Positions 29,393-38,832 of a stretch of 64,000 nucleotides of DNA are shown in pieces. The notes under the pieces are model-generated. The model worked only from the letters and a program-made list of their open reading frames with translations, had not been told where the DNA came from and made no database searches. Made by a program: the position numbers and the translations under genes. The stretch lies in the NCBI GenBank assembly GCA_002352465.1, contig DEIN01000008.1:564-64563 (forward strand). Direction: 5' to 3'. This stretch comes from Patescibacteria group bacterium UBA2773. GTDB taxonomy: Bacteria; Patescibacteriota; Minisyncoccia; Moranbacterales; DUUL01. Each line of letters opens with the position of its first letter. The first letter of the stretch is position 1.

Positions 29393-29815
29393 CTATTTTC
29401 CAGTGCTTCCGAAGGCTTGATTGCCTCGATTGGTGTCTTCCAATTCAGTCACTATTTTTATTTCTGGATGTTCAATTTTTTGAAATAGAACTTGAGCTAT
29501 TTTTTCACCTTTTTTAATTAGAATTTTTTCTTGACTTAAGTTGATTAGGCCAATGAACCATTCTCCGGTGTAATTGCTATCAATAACTCCTCCTAAAGTT
29601 TTAAGTCCTTTTTTGTGGGCTAAGCCACTTTTATCCCAAATCAAACCTACATATCCGTTTTCAATTTTAATAGCGATTCCAGTCGAAACAGAGGTTCTCT
29701 GGTCAGGTTCAAGTCTAATATCTTGATTAGTAAACAAATCCATTCCCGCATCATTTTCTAATGCATATTTTGGAATAACGGCGTCGGATTTGATTTTTTT
29801 AATTTGGATTTTCAT
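29393..29815 (-). CDS. dut: dUTP diphosphatase
   Basis: GVIDSNYTGEW matches motif 3 of dUTPase. The product is 140 aa. Confidence 0.85.
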   Translation of the reverse strand: MKIQIKKIKSDAVIPKYALENDAGMDLFTNQDIRLEPDQRTSVSTGIAIKIENGYVGLIWDKSGLAHKKGLKTLGGVIDSNYTGEWFIGLINLSQEKILIKKGEKIAQVLFQKIEHPEIKIVTELEDTNRGNQAFGSTGK

Positions 29816-30549
29816 TTTTTAATAAATTTTAATTCTTTTTTAAAAAAATCTATCATCTGTTGTTTTGAGTACTCAATTGTTTTATTAGCATCCATATAAA
29901 TAACTTTGGTGCCTCGTTTTTCAAACATTTTTTTGAACCAATTGCTTTCAAATTCTTTTTTGACTTTTTTTTGAAAGGTTGCTTTTTCGAAAATTGAGTT
30001 ATCATTTTTTGTTCTATTGGCTAATCTAGTTATTGTTTTTTGAACATCTACTGTCAAAATTATTAAAAAATCAGGTGAATTTTTTAGCGCAAATTGATTA
30101 CCTGGTAAATTTAAAACTTCTTCAAAGTCTATTTCGTCTTTTCGCCCAGTTATTCTTTGATAAACCAAAGAGGTTGAAACGCTTCTGGATTGAAAAACTA
30201 ATCCTCCTTTTTTTAAAAAAGGTAAAATCAAGCCTTCGTAAAGTATTTGTCTGTCTAGGGCGTAAGCTTGAGCTAAGACAGAAGTCGAATAATTTATTTT
30301 AGAATCTTTCGAAATTAGAACTTCTCTTATGAATTTACCTATTCCAAAATAAGTTGGCTCACTACTATAAAGCGCTTCGAAATTTTCAACTTCAGAAAAA
30401 TCAGGTAGACGATTATTTTTTTCCCAAAATTCATTAACATCAAAAATTTTTTGATTATCTTTTTTTAATTCATTTTTTAAACTTTCAAGAAAAACGCTTT
30501 TTCCAGCTCCATCCATTCCATCTACTACAATAAATTTTCCTTTTTTCAT
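29812..30549 (-). CDS. tmk: Thymidylate kinase-like P-loop kinase
   Basis: The P-loop is FIVVDGMDGAGKS and the DR..SS.VYQ lid region is present. The start is set to the internal ATG at 30547-30549 (MKKGKF), which sits 4 bp below the thyX-like stop. The upstream extension in the ORF track is probably not translated. Confidence 0.55.
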   Translation of the reverse strand: MKKGKFIVVDGMDGAGKSVFLESLKNELKKDNQKIFDVNEFWEKNNRLPDFSEVENFEALYSSEPTYFGIGKFIREVLISKDSKINYSTSVLAQAYALDRQILYEGLILPFLKKGGLVFQSRSVSTSLVYQRITGRKDEIDFEEVLNLPGNQFALKNSPDFLIILTVDVQKTITRLANRTKNDNSIFEKATFQKKVKKEFESNWFKKMFEKRGTKVIYMDANKTIEYSKQQMIDFFKKELKFIKK

Positions 30550-30553
30550 ATTT

Positions 30554-31903
30554 TTATTTTTCAATAATATCTTGTTTTCCTCTTTCAATGTCAAATCTAT
30601 TAGGAGCATCGTCAAGATGAAGAACAAGCCCATCTTTTTTGAATAATTTTTTCATACTATCAATCATCTTTAAAACTTGTTTCACTAAAGTCGGATGAAC
30701 AAAACGAGTTGATCTTAATTCTGCTAAATAAACGAGAGCTTTTAAATCACTTGAAAATCTGCAGGGAACTTGATAACCCATAGCAATAAAATATTGTTTT
30801 TCGGTTTCTTCTAATTTTAATTCATTAATTTTATTTTCTTGAGATTTAATAAAATTCTTTGTTTTCTCTCGAAGATTATTTGGTAAAGAATCTAAATACC
30901 AAGGATTAAAATTGTGATCAAAATTTAAAAGAGGCATTCTTTGAGCAATAGCTCGGTGTCTTTGTAAATCACGAAAAGAACCAAAATCTAAAAGAAATTC
31001 ATAAGCAACTACACCGCATTCTGCAATTGCCATTGGCAATTCAGTTTTCATTGGACGATCTTTTAACTCATTTCGATAATTAAATAAAATATTTCTATCA
31101 ACATTATCATAAATCAAAGAAAAATCTTTGGCTTTATCGTTTTTGTAGTAATAATTTCCTTGCATCCAATTTTTATTGTATCTTTCTGTGTTTGAAAAAC
31201 GTTCGTGTCCGAAAGAACTTGGGTACATTTCACCCAAAGCTTCTTCAGTTTTTTCTGCAATATCACGAACTTCTTCCAATGGATGGTGTCTAAGCAACAT
31301 TATTTCATCAGCGAATTGTCTGAAATTCATTCTCCAAGCAACATTTGTGGTGGCTCCAGCTGGTAAAAAAGATCTTGTAATATCAAAAGCTCTGGCAATA
31401 ATAGCTTTTTCATAAATTTCTTCATTTTCTTTTTCTTTTCTAGGAAATTGAACTTTTAAATAATCTTGAACTGGTTTTTGAGCTTCTAAATAAAAATTTC
31501 TCCAATTTTCTAATATTTCATTGCCCTTTTTTGTTTTTGAAGGATCCAAAAATTTTTGTTTGGAAAAATCAACATATCTAGTAGAGGCTTCTTGTCCTGA
31601 ATAAAGTCGCCAATCCTGAATTGCTTTAGCTGCTAACATTGAAATTCCTTCAACAAAAACAGTTCCAGAACCACAATCACCAATTGATTTATGTCCATAA
31701 CCAACATAGAATTGTTCCATAAAATTTTCAGCCCCTTTTTCTTTGAGAATCTTAAGATGATGTTTGATTCCTCCGGTGGAACGAGAATGAAGTGCTTGTA
31801 ACATTGCTTCGGCTTGACCATCAATTGAAGCACCATTATCAAGAACTAAGATGAAGCCTCCTTGCGATAAATCTTTAATAACATGTGTTTCAGAAATATT
31901 CAT
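30554..31903 (-). CDS. thyX: Tandem-duplicated flavin-dependent thymidylate synthase (ThyX)-like protein, 449 aa
   Basis: Half 1 contains AKAIQDWRLYSGQEASTRY, which aligns to the ThyX ARQWFRHRIASYNELSGRY region with the Ser retained and RHR degenerate. Half 2 contains FRDLQRHRAIAQRM, with RHR retained and the Ser lost. Confidence 0.6.
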   Translation of the reverse strand: MNISETHVIKDLSQGGFILVLDNGASIDGQAEAMLQALHSRSTGGIKHHLKILKEKGAENFMEQFYVGYGHKSIGDCGSGTVFVEGISMLAAKAIQDWRLYSGQEASTRYVDFSKQKFLDPSKTKKGNEILENWRNFYLEAQKPVQDYLKVQFPRKEKENEEIYEKAIIARAFDITRSFLPAGATTNVAWRMNFRQFADEIMLLRHHPLEEVRDIAEKTEEALGEMYPSSFGHERFSNTERYNKNWMQGNYYYKNDKAKDFSLIYDNVDRNILFNYRNELKDRPMKTELPMAIAECGVVAYEFLLDFGSFRDLQRHRAIAQRMPLLNFDHNFNPWYLDSLPNNLREKTKNFIKSQENKINELKLEETEKQYFIAMGYQVPCRFSSDLKALVYLAELRSTRFVHPTLVKQVLKMIDSMKKLFKKDGLVLHLDDAPNRFDIERGKQDIIEK

Positions 31904-31914
31904 TATTATATTAA

Positions 31915-32517
31915 TTAATTTTTATTAAAAATAACACCTAAATTAGACAATCTTAGCTCCAAGTCTTCGGCTGATTTGAACAAAATCGTTTTTATTCCTA
32001 TTTTTTTTGCTGGTTCAAGACATTCAATTTGATCATCAATAAAAACACATTCGTTGGGTTTTAAAAGTAATTTTTTTAACATAATCTCGTATATTTTTTT
32101 ATTTGGTTTGGTGATACCAACTTCGTGAGACAAAATGGTTGCATCAAAGTCATCATACCAACCTTGTTTTTTATATTTTTGTGAATTTAAAATATCTGAA
32201 TTAGACAAAACTATCAATTTATAATTATTTTTTAATTTTTGAGTTATTTTTTTCATTTCCGGATTAATTTTCCAATTATTCGTCCAGATTTGTTTGATTT
32301 TCCTCAAATCTTTTTCTGATAATTTTTTTGATTTAAAAATTTTGCGAAAACATTCATCGGGAGAAATCAAACCTTGATTGTATTCTTTATTAAAAACGAT
32401 ATCATTTTTATAGAGATTGTTTTTAGAATTCAACATTAAACAAACTTTATCTAAAAAAATTTTTAAATTACCCTCAAGATAAACTCCTCCAATATCAAAT
32501 ATTATGTTTTTAATCAT
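31915..32517 (-). CDS. HAD-superfamily hydrolase (likely nucleotidase/phosphatase)
   Basis: The N-terminal IIFDIGGV motif (DxG/D variant), a later SN and a C-terminal DD motif fit HAD. The product is 200 aa. Confidence 0.55.
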   Translation of the reverse strand: MIKNIIFDIGGVYLEGNLKIFLDKVCLMLNSKNNLYKNDIVFNKEYNQGLISPDECFRKIFKSKKLSEKDLRKIKQIWTNNWKINPEMKKITQKLKNNYKLIVLSNSDILNSQKYKKQGWYDDFDATILSHEVGITKPNKKIYEIMLKKLLLKPNECVFIDDQIECLEPAKKIGIKTILFKSAEDLELRLSNLGVIFNKN

Positions 32518-32545
32518 TTTTTAGATTAGCCGGTTATTTTATTCA

Positions 32546-33106
32546 TTAGAAGTTTTTAAACATTTTTGAAGCTTGAACATTTTTATCTCCGTAGTATTTA
32601 CTATTTAAGCCTTTTGCTCCGTAGATTTTGTCACAAGGAGACGAAAGATATTCGAATGCCATTTGAGCAATGGGCATCTTATAATAAAGTTTTATAGGCA
32701 AGCTTCCTGCATTAAAAAGTTCCAATGTCATTTTCAGAGAATTTCCTGGATCAAGATATCCAGCTGTCGTATGAATTATAAGACCTAAACGTCCCAACGA
32801 ACTCTTGCCTTCTAGTCTACCAACTAATTTATTTGAAACACCAGTTTCTTCGCAAACTAAAGCTAATGCAAATTCTTTTGGGTGTAGAATGAAGAATTTT
32901 TTTTCATTAATTTTTATTTTTTTCATCAAATTTTCTGTAGGTTTTTTTACATCAATAATAAAATTTTCTGTTGTATTGAAAATTAAAAAATCTTTATCTA
33001 AATGTAAATCAATACTAGCAGGTTGAATGTATTTTTTACTAAAAGGTTTTACTATTATTTCTCCTTTATCTATTTCTTTTAAAATATCATTATCGGAAAG
33101 CGCCAT
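32546..33106 (-). CDS. dcd: dCTP deaminase
   Basis: MALSDNDILKEI...IQPASIDLHL is the canonical Dcd N-terminus. The product is 186 aa. Confidence 0.85.
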   Translation of the reverse strand: MALSDNDILKEIDKGEIIVKPFSKKYIQPASIDLHLDKDFLIFNTTENFIIDVKKPTENLMKKIKINEKKFFILHPKEFALALVCEETGVSNKLVGRLEGKSSLGRLGLIIHTTAGYLDPGNSLKMTLELFNAGSLPIKLYYKMPIAQMAFEYLSSPCDKIYGAKGLNSKYYGDKNVQASKMFKNF

Positions 33107-33258
33107 AAGCTTTAAATTATTTATTATCTTACAAATCAGTGTTGATATTCTATCAAAAATAAAAAATAAAAAAAGAGGCTTTTTGAAAAGGGTATAAAAA
33201 AACTGGATTTTGACAACCCAGTTTTTTTGTTGAAATTTTGTTGAAATATAAAAGTTTT

Positions 33259-33822
33259 TTAATTAATTTTTTGATAACCGAGGTTTTCCATAAATTTATC
33301 AGTATCGGTTAATAAGTGATTTAAATCAAACTCGTTATTGATTTTGCAATCAGCTTCGGCTCCGATTTTTGGTACATTTACTTCAGTCGATTTTAAATCA
33401 ATTTTTTCAAAATTTTCGAAAGAAGTACTGTCGTCACTTTTTTCATCTCGCTTTGATGCTCTTTCCCAACGAGTTTTGGCACCGGCAGTAACATATAAGA
33501 TTTTGTTATTTTCAAAACTTCTGATGAATTTCAAATCTGGAGGCATTCGAAGACCGTTAACTACTACAATTTGATTGGGTTCATCGTCAATTCTTTTCTT
33601 GATTGCTTTACTTAAAATATCATCGCCAAATCTTTCTTGAAAAGCAGTGAACAACCAGTGCTGATCAGCACGTGATAATTTATTGAAGTAAATTGAAAGG
33701 GCGTCTTTAATCGGGTCAGCAAATCGAACTTGCTTAGCTCCATATTTTTCTTCTAAATATTTTCCGACAGTATCCTTGCCTGAACCTACCTCACCGACTA
33801 GTCCAATAACGATTTTATTCAT
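33259..33822 (-). CDS. Phage T4-like deoxynucleoside monophosphate (dNMP) kinase
   Basis: GLVGEVGSGKDTVGKYLEEKYGAKQVRFADPIKDAL closely parallels the T4 gp1 N-terminus as I recall it (...LSGVKRSGKDTTADFIM...YQLAGPIKDAL). Confidence 0.55.
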   Translation of the reverse strand: MNKIVIGLVGEVGSGKDTVGKYLEEKYGAKQVRFADPIKDALSIYFNKLSRADQHWLFTAFQERFGDDILSKAIKKRIDDEPNQIVVVNGLRMPPDLKFIRSFENNKILYVTAGAKTRWERASKRDEKSDDSTSFENFEKIDLKSTEVNVPKIGAEADCKINNEFDLNHLLTDTDKFMENLGYQKIN

Positions 33823-33931
33823 TTGAATATATAAAAAGTTAAATTTAAAACAACCCCAATATTATAATATCAAACCAAATAAAAAACAATACAAAAAAAC
33901 TTTTGTTTTTAAAAAGACTAATAAATTTTAG

Positions 33932-34318
33932 CTATTTATTTTTATATAATGAATAACCGATTGTTATTAGGAATAAAAAATAAATTAAGAGTTCTAATCG
34001 AGCTATTTTATATAAAGTAAACCAAGTCCCAATGAAAAATATTAAAAGCAATGAAATTTTGAATAGATTATTTAGTATAGGAAAATTTTTAGGAGTAAGT
34101 TCCTTTTTTGAAAAAATAGATAAAGTTAGCCAGCCAGCCAAAATTATTAATAATAAAAAATTTAAATTAAAATGATTTATTACATAGCCTGGAAGGATTG
34201 ATTCGATGAAAAATAAAACTAGATAATCCAGGGATAACACTAAAAGAAGCCAAAAAACAAAAGTAGCGTTGTTGTTTAGAATGCTCGTTGTTTTTTTGGA
34301 GATTGCTTGGATGTTCAT
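33932..34318 (-). CDS. Small integral membrane protein (4 transmembrane helices)
   Basis: Assigned by hydrophobicity only. Confidence 0.4.
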   Translation of the reverse strand: MNIQAISKKTTSILNNNATFVFWLLLVLSLDYLVLFFIESILPGYVINHFNLNFLLLIILAGWLTLSIFSKKELTPKNFPILNNLFKISLLLIFFIGTWFTLYKIARLELLIYFLFLITIGYSLYKNK

Positions 34319-34324
34319 ATTAGT

Positions 34325-35263
34325 TTAGATGAAGGGGATATAACCGCGATATTTTTTTATCAATTTTAATTTAATATTGTCGATGCTAACTAGAAAATTA
34401 TTTTTAAAAGATTTTTGGGAAGGAGTAGTAGAAAGATTTAATTTAATTTCTTGAATTTCGTCACTTTTTAGATCCGAAGTAATAAAAATATAGTTAGACT
34501 TGGTCGAATTAATCTCCTTAGTCAAATTGCAAATAAGTTCGTTTTTGTTGGAAATTAAATTGCAATTGTCGAATGGTTCTGGTTTCAGGGTGTTAATTTT
34601 GATCGGTGAAGTTTGTGAAAAATTTTTTGGGTCAATCCCTGTTTCTAGTGGAAAAAGTTTTTGATCCCAGACTAACAAATATTTACCATTAACTTCGATG
34701 AAAGTTCCATTTGGATGAGCATCTCCATATAGGAAACTCTCTAGTTCTTGCAGCCCGCCTGCAAAACCAATTTTTTTGTCAACTACGTCTTTCCATTGAT
34801 AACCCATTTTTTCAAATAACTCAGCTGAAAAAATTGATCGATAAGTATTATTTGGAAGCATTATGCTAATAGAATCACCATTAAAAAACAAACTGCCTGC
34901 GGGTAAATCAGTGGAATTTCCCTCAAAAAGTAAATTTTTTAATTCGGTTTTGTTCAAAGCATCTTCTATTTGAGGGTAGAAAGAGACTAGGAAATTTTGA
35001 TAAGCTAAGATCTTCCCTCTGTCTCTATTGATAAATGCTTTGTTTGGTTTTAAAACTAGATTAATTTTATCAAAAAAATAGTTCTCTTCTTCTGGAAAAA
35101 CTAAAAGTTCTTGATTATTAATTGTTTGTGATGTAATTTTGACGCCAGATTGAGCAGCGCTAATTGAGGAATAATCAAAATCGACTAAAACAATTTTCCA
35201 TAAAACATATAATGGAATTGAAAGTCCAATGAAAATAACGATAAAGATTTTTAATTTAGACAT
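34325..35263 (-). CDS. Hypothetical signal-anchored extracytoplasmic protein
   Basis: It has an N-terminal transmembrane/signal segment and no recognisable motifs. Confidence 0.4.
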   Translation of the reverse strand: MSKLKIFIVIFIGLSIPLYVLWKIVLVDFDYSSISAAQSGVKITSQTINNQELLVFPEEENYFFDKINLVLKPNKAFINRDRGKILAYQNFLVSFYPQIEDALNKTELKNLLFEGNSTDLPAGSLFFNGDSISIMLPNNTYRSIFSAELFEKMGYQWKDVVDKKIGFAGGLQELESFLYGDAHPNGTFIEVNGKYLLVWDQKLFPLETGIDPKNFSQTSPIKINTLKPEPFDNCNLISNKNELICNLTKEINSTKSNYIFITSDLKSDEIQEIKLNLSTTPSQKSFKNNFLVSIDNIKLKLIKKYRGYIPFI

Positions 35264-35294
35264 TATTATTTTTATATATTTGAAGGCAGTCTTC

Positions 35295-36320
35295 TTATAA
35301 AGCCTCCTTGTTTTTTATTTCCTTAATGGTTGCCAATATTTCATTATAAGCTTTGGGATTTTCTTGAAGATATTTTTTGACTGATTCTCTGCCTTGTCCA
35401 ATTTTTTCTCCTTTATAGCTAAACCAAGCTCCAGCCTTGTCTAAAACTTTCAGATTAGTTCCAAGCTCAACTACATCGCCTTCTCTTGAAATTCCTTTAT
35501 TGTACATAATGTCGAATTCGGCAATTTGAAAAGGGGGAGCTACTTTGTTTTTTACTACCTTGACCTTAACTCGATTGCCAATTATTTGATCGCCTTGTTT
35601 GATTTGGGCGGCTCGTCTGACTTCTAATCGGACTGAGGCGTAAAATTTCAAGGCATTTCCGCCAGTGGTGGTTTCGGGATTACCAAAAACTACCCCGATT
35701 TTCATTCGAATTTGATTGATGAATATTACCATTACGTTGGTTTTGGCGATGATGCTAGTTAATTTTCTCAAAGCTTGAGACATTAATCGGGCTTGAAGTC
35801 CCATGTGAGAATCACCCATATCACCTTCGATTTCTGCTCGGGGGGTCAAAGCAGCGACTGAATCGACTACAACTACATCAACGGCGTTGGATCTAACCAA
35901 TGTTTCAACGATTTCTAGTGCTTGTTCTCCATTATCCGGTTGAGATATTAAAAGCTCTTCAACATCTACTCCAATTTTTTTAGCGTAAGATGGATCTAGT
36001 GCATGCTCGGCGTCAACAAAGGCAGCTACTCCTCCGTCTTTTTGGGCATTGGCAACAACATGCAAAGCTAAAGTTGTCTTACCGGATGATTCTGGACCAT
36101 AAATTTCAACTACTCTGCCTCTTGGTAAACCGTTAATTCCTAAGGCAATATCAAGTGATGGAGAGCCGGTTGAAATTGAAGCAATGTCGACTTTTTTGAT
36201 TTCTCCTAATTTCATAATCGAGCCTTCTCCAAATTTTGTTCGGATTTCTTCGATTGCTTCATTGCAATCTTGTCTTTTAACAACTTTTTTTACTTTTTTG
36301 ATTTTATCTTTTGCGGTCAT
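35295..36320 (-). CDS. recA: Recombinase A
   Basis: Walker A is GPESSGKTT. The loop L2 and adjacent region are also present ([28 protein letters not shown]). Confidence 0.95.
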   Translation of the reverse strand: MTAKDKIKKVKKVVKRQDCNEAIEEIRTKFGEGSIMKLGEIKKVDIASISTGSPSLDIALGINGLPRGRVVEIYGPESSGKTTLALHVVANAQKDGGVAAFVDAEHALDPSYAKKIGVDVEELLISQPDNGEQALEIVETLVRSNAVDVVVVDSVAALTPRAEIEGDMGDSHMGLQARLMSQALRKLTSIIAKTNVMVIFINQIRMKIGVVFGNPETTTGGNALKFYASVRLEVRRAAQIKQGDQIIGNRVKVKVVKNKVAPPFQIAEFDIMYNKGISREGDVVELGTNLKVLDKAGAWFSYKGEKIGQGRESVKKYLQENPKAYNEILATIKEIKNKEAL

Positions 36321-36349
36321 AAGCGTTTTTAATTTTTATTATTTTGATG

Positions 36350-37348
36350 TTACTCTTTTTCCTCTTCGACTATTCCATCTTTGTTTAAAATTATTTTTTC
36401 AAAATTTTTAATTTTTTCTTCCAAAACAAAAAATTCTTCTTCGTTTATTTTAACATAAGTTCTAGCAACATTACTAGAGCTAATTTCTATCTTATCTTGA
36501 GCTTCAATTTTTAAAATAGTGCCAGAATGAAGGAGATTTTTTTGGATTTTTTTTTCATCTACTTTTATCAATAAATTATCAATAAATTCAGAGCTTTTGA
36601 TTTCTATAAAAAAATTTTCCTCAGGAATTGAATCTATTTGAGTATTTTGATTTTCTACTTCTAAGACTCTTAGTTCATAGTCAGCAATAATATTCAATAT
36701 TTTTTGAGTATGTTTTTCGCGTTTATTTGATGCTTCAATAATTATTTCGTTAGAACCTTTTTGCAAACCAATTGTTTCCTCGAAGTTTCCTGTTGAGTTA
36801 ACTGGCACCAATTCATTGTTTATACTAATTTTATTGCCAATATCAGTAGCTCCCGCAATTTTAACGGAACTATCTTGAATACTGTCGCTAGAGTTTGGTG
36901 TCTTGATTGTTAGGTTAGGTTTTTTTGAAAAACTGTCCAATTCTGAATAAAAATAGATTAGTCCTATCAAAACTACAATAAAAGAGATGAAAATTGAAGC
37001 CATTTTTGGAGTGATAGTTAAACTGGGAATTCTATTTTTTAATTTTTCTTGGTCCCTCTTTTGATATTTTAAGATATTTTCTCGAACTCCAATTTCTTTA
37101 TTGAATTGAGCGATTACTTTTTCTGGGTTCAAGTTTAAATGTTTAGCATAATTTCGTAAAAAACCTTTAATATAAACATCAAAAGGCATTTTTTCAAAGT
37201 CACCAGCTTCGATTTTTCTCAAATAATCTTGTTTGATTTTTGTTTGAACTGCCATTTCTTCCAAGGAGATTCCTGATTTTTTTCTGATTTTTTTTAAATT
37301 TTCTCCTAGTGTAAGGGATTTGACTTTTCTTTTTACAAAGCTTACCAT
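36350..37348 (-). CDS. RodZ-like protein: N-terminal XRE-type HTH, one transmembrane helix, extracytoplasmic domain
   Basis: LGENLKKIRKKSGISLEEMAVQTKIKQDYLRKIE is an HTH followed by a transmembrane segment (IFISFIVVLIGLIYF). Confidence 0.5.
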   Translation of the reverse strand: MVSFVKRKVKSLTLGENLKKIRKKSGISLEEMAVQTKIKQDYLRKIEAGDFEKMPFDVYIKGFLRNYAKHLNLNPEKVIAQFNKEIGVRENILKYQKRDQEKLKNRIPSLTITPKMASIFISFIVVLIGLIYFYSELDSFSKKPNLTIKTPNSSDSIQDSSVKIAGATDIGNKISINNELVPVNSTGNFEETIGLQKGSNEIIIEASNKREKHTQKILNIIADYELRVLEVENQNTQIDSIPEENFFIEIKSSEFIDNLLIKVDEKKIQKNLLHSGTILKIEAQDKIEISSSNVARTYVKINEEEFFVLEEKIKNFEKIILNKDGIVEEEKE

Positions 37349-37482
37349 ATATTTTTTATTTACAAACAGTTTCTTATCATATGATACCTTAAGATATTTT
37401 TTTTGTAAAACAAGTCATTTTAAATGTCAATTACAAATAAAAACCTCGATTAATTCGAGGTTTTTGAAGTTGTTCTAAAAAA

Positions 37483-37887
37483 TTATCGTTTTCTCCATTG
37501 AGCTGATCGACGAGCTTTCTTCAAGCCAGGCTTCTTTCTTTCTTTCTTTCGGGCATCTCTTTTTAGCAAATCTTGATCTTTTAAAATTTGATGTAGACCG
37601 TCATCATACTTAACTAAAGCTCTAGAAAGTCCTAATTTGATAGCATCTGATTGACCTCTTAAACCACCACCATTAACTTTGACGGAAATAGCCAATTTTT
37701 TTTCTAGTCCAGCTATTATTAGTGGATGAAAAAGGGCTTTTTGGAATTTTTTGACAGGAAAAAAAACTTCAGCTTTTTTGTCGTTAATAATATAATCAGC
37801 TTTTTCACCCTTGATTATTCTTACTCTGGCAACACTTTCTTTTCTTCTGCCAATTCCTTCGAAATATTCCTGAATTTTTTTAGTCAT
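37483..37887 (-). CDS. rpsI: 30S ribosomal protein S9
   Basis: GGG..GQ..A...G..RAL ... C-terminal RKKPGLKKARRSAQWRKR. Confidence 0.9.
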   Translation of the reverse strand: MTKKIQEYFEGIGRRKESVARVRIIKGEKADYIINDKKAEVFFPVKKFQKALFHPLIIAGLEKKLAISVKVNGGGLRGQSDAIKLGLSRALVKYDDGLHQILKDQDLLKRDARKKERKKPGLKKARRSAQWRKR

Positions 37888-37940
37888 CTAAATTAATTTA
37901 AATATTGTAAATCAAAATAATTACGTTAGGAAATAATCCC

Positions 37941-38348
37941 TTATTTAATTTGACTTTGATATGGATGTTCTTCATTTTTAAAAATTCTTAATCTTTTCAT
38001 TGCTTCAATACTGAGTTTATTCTTTGGTAACATTCCCTTAACGGCTTTTTCAATTATTTGGGTCGAATCTTTTTTTAACAATTCCTTAAAAGTAGTTTTG
38101 GATATTCCACCTGGATATCCTGAATATCGCCAATAAAGTTTCTTGTTTTCTTTCTCCCCAGAAAGTCGAACTTTGTCGGAGTTGATAACTACTACCCAGT
38201 TGCTTCCTCCAATATGAGGTTCAAAATCGACTTCATTTTTTCCTGATAAAACTTTGGCAATTTCAGTCGCCAATCTTCCCAAGATTTTTCCTTTAGCATC
38301 AAATAATTTGAATTCAGGAGCTTTTTGTTGATCTAATCTATTCTTCAT
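37941..38348 (-). CDS. rplM: 50S ribosomal protein L13
   Basis: LGRLAT.IA..L.GK...F.PH...G..VVVIN..K..L.G.K......YW.YSGYPGG. Confidence 0.9.
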   Translation of the reverse strand: MKNRLDQQKAPEFKLFDAKGKILGRLATEIAKVLSGKNEVDFEPHIGGSNWVVVINSDKVRLSGEKENKKLYWRYSGYPGGISKTTFKELLKKDSTQIIEKAVKGMLPKNKLSIEAMKRLRIFKNEEHPYQSQIK

Positions 38349-38358
38349 TTTGCTTTAA

Positions 38359-38814
38359 TTAGTTCTTTTTATCAGTTGTTTTCTTCTTGATTTTTTCGAC
38401 TTTTTTAACAGTGGTTTTTTTCTCGGGCGATTTTTTCTCGGAAACTTTCAGTTTATCTACCCATTCAATCATTGCCATCTTTGAAAAATCACTTTTTCTT
38501 GGCATTAATTTGATAATTCTAGTATAGCCTCCGGCTCTTTTGGCTTCTTTGGCGATTAAAAAAAGTTCTCGGATACTTTTAATTGGTAATTCTTTTTTTA
38601 AAAGTCTTGTTTTCGAAGTTTTTTCTATTTCATTTACTAATCCTCGTTTGGCTAAGGACAGTCTGCTCTCAGCGAAAGGTTTCAACTCTTTAGCTTTGGC
38701 TAAGGTTGTAATAATTTTCTTGTTTTCGATTAAACTGACCAGCAAAGTTCGCATTAGTGCTTTTTTCTGGTCTTTTTCTCTTCCAAGGCTTCGGCCTTTG
38801 ATCCTTTTATTCAT
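38359..38814 (-). CDS. rplQ: 50S ribosomal protein L17 with a Lys-rich C-terminal extension
   Basis: R.LGR....K..M.R.L..SLI....I.TT..KAKEL....E.L...AK. It has about 30 extra K-rich C-terminal residues. Confidence 0.85.
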   Translation of the reverse strand: MNKRIKGRSLGREKDQKKALMRTLLVSLIENKKIITTLAKAKELKPFAESRLSLAKRGLVNEIEKTSKTRLLKKELPIKSIRELFLIAKEAKRAGGYTRIIKLMPRKSDFSKMAMIEWVDKLKVSEKKSPEKKTTVKKVEKIKKKTTDKKN

Positions 38815-38832
38815 ACTAATCAGTTTTTAAAA

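Noticed and set aside
29812-30633. Full 273-aa ORF as the tmk-like gene (overlapping thyX-like by 80 bp)
   Set aside because: The first 28 codons are hydrophobic filler overlapping the upstream gene. The conserved P-loop begins right after the internal Met at 30549, which directly abuts the thyX-like stop, so I used the shorter start.
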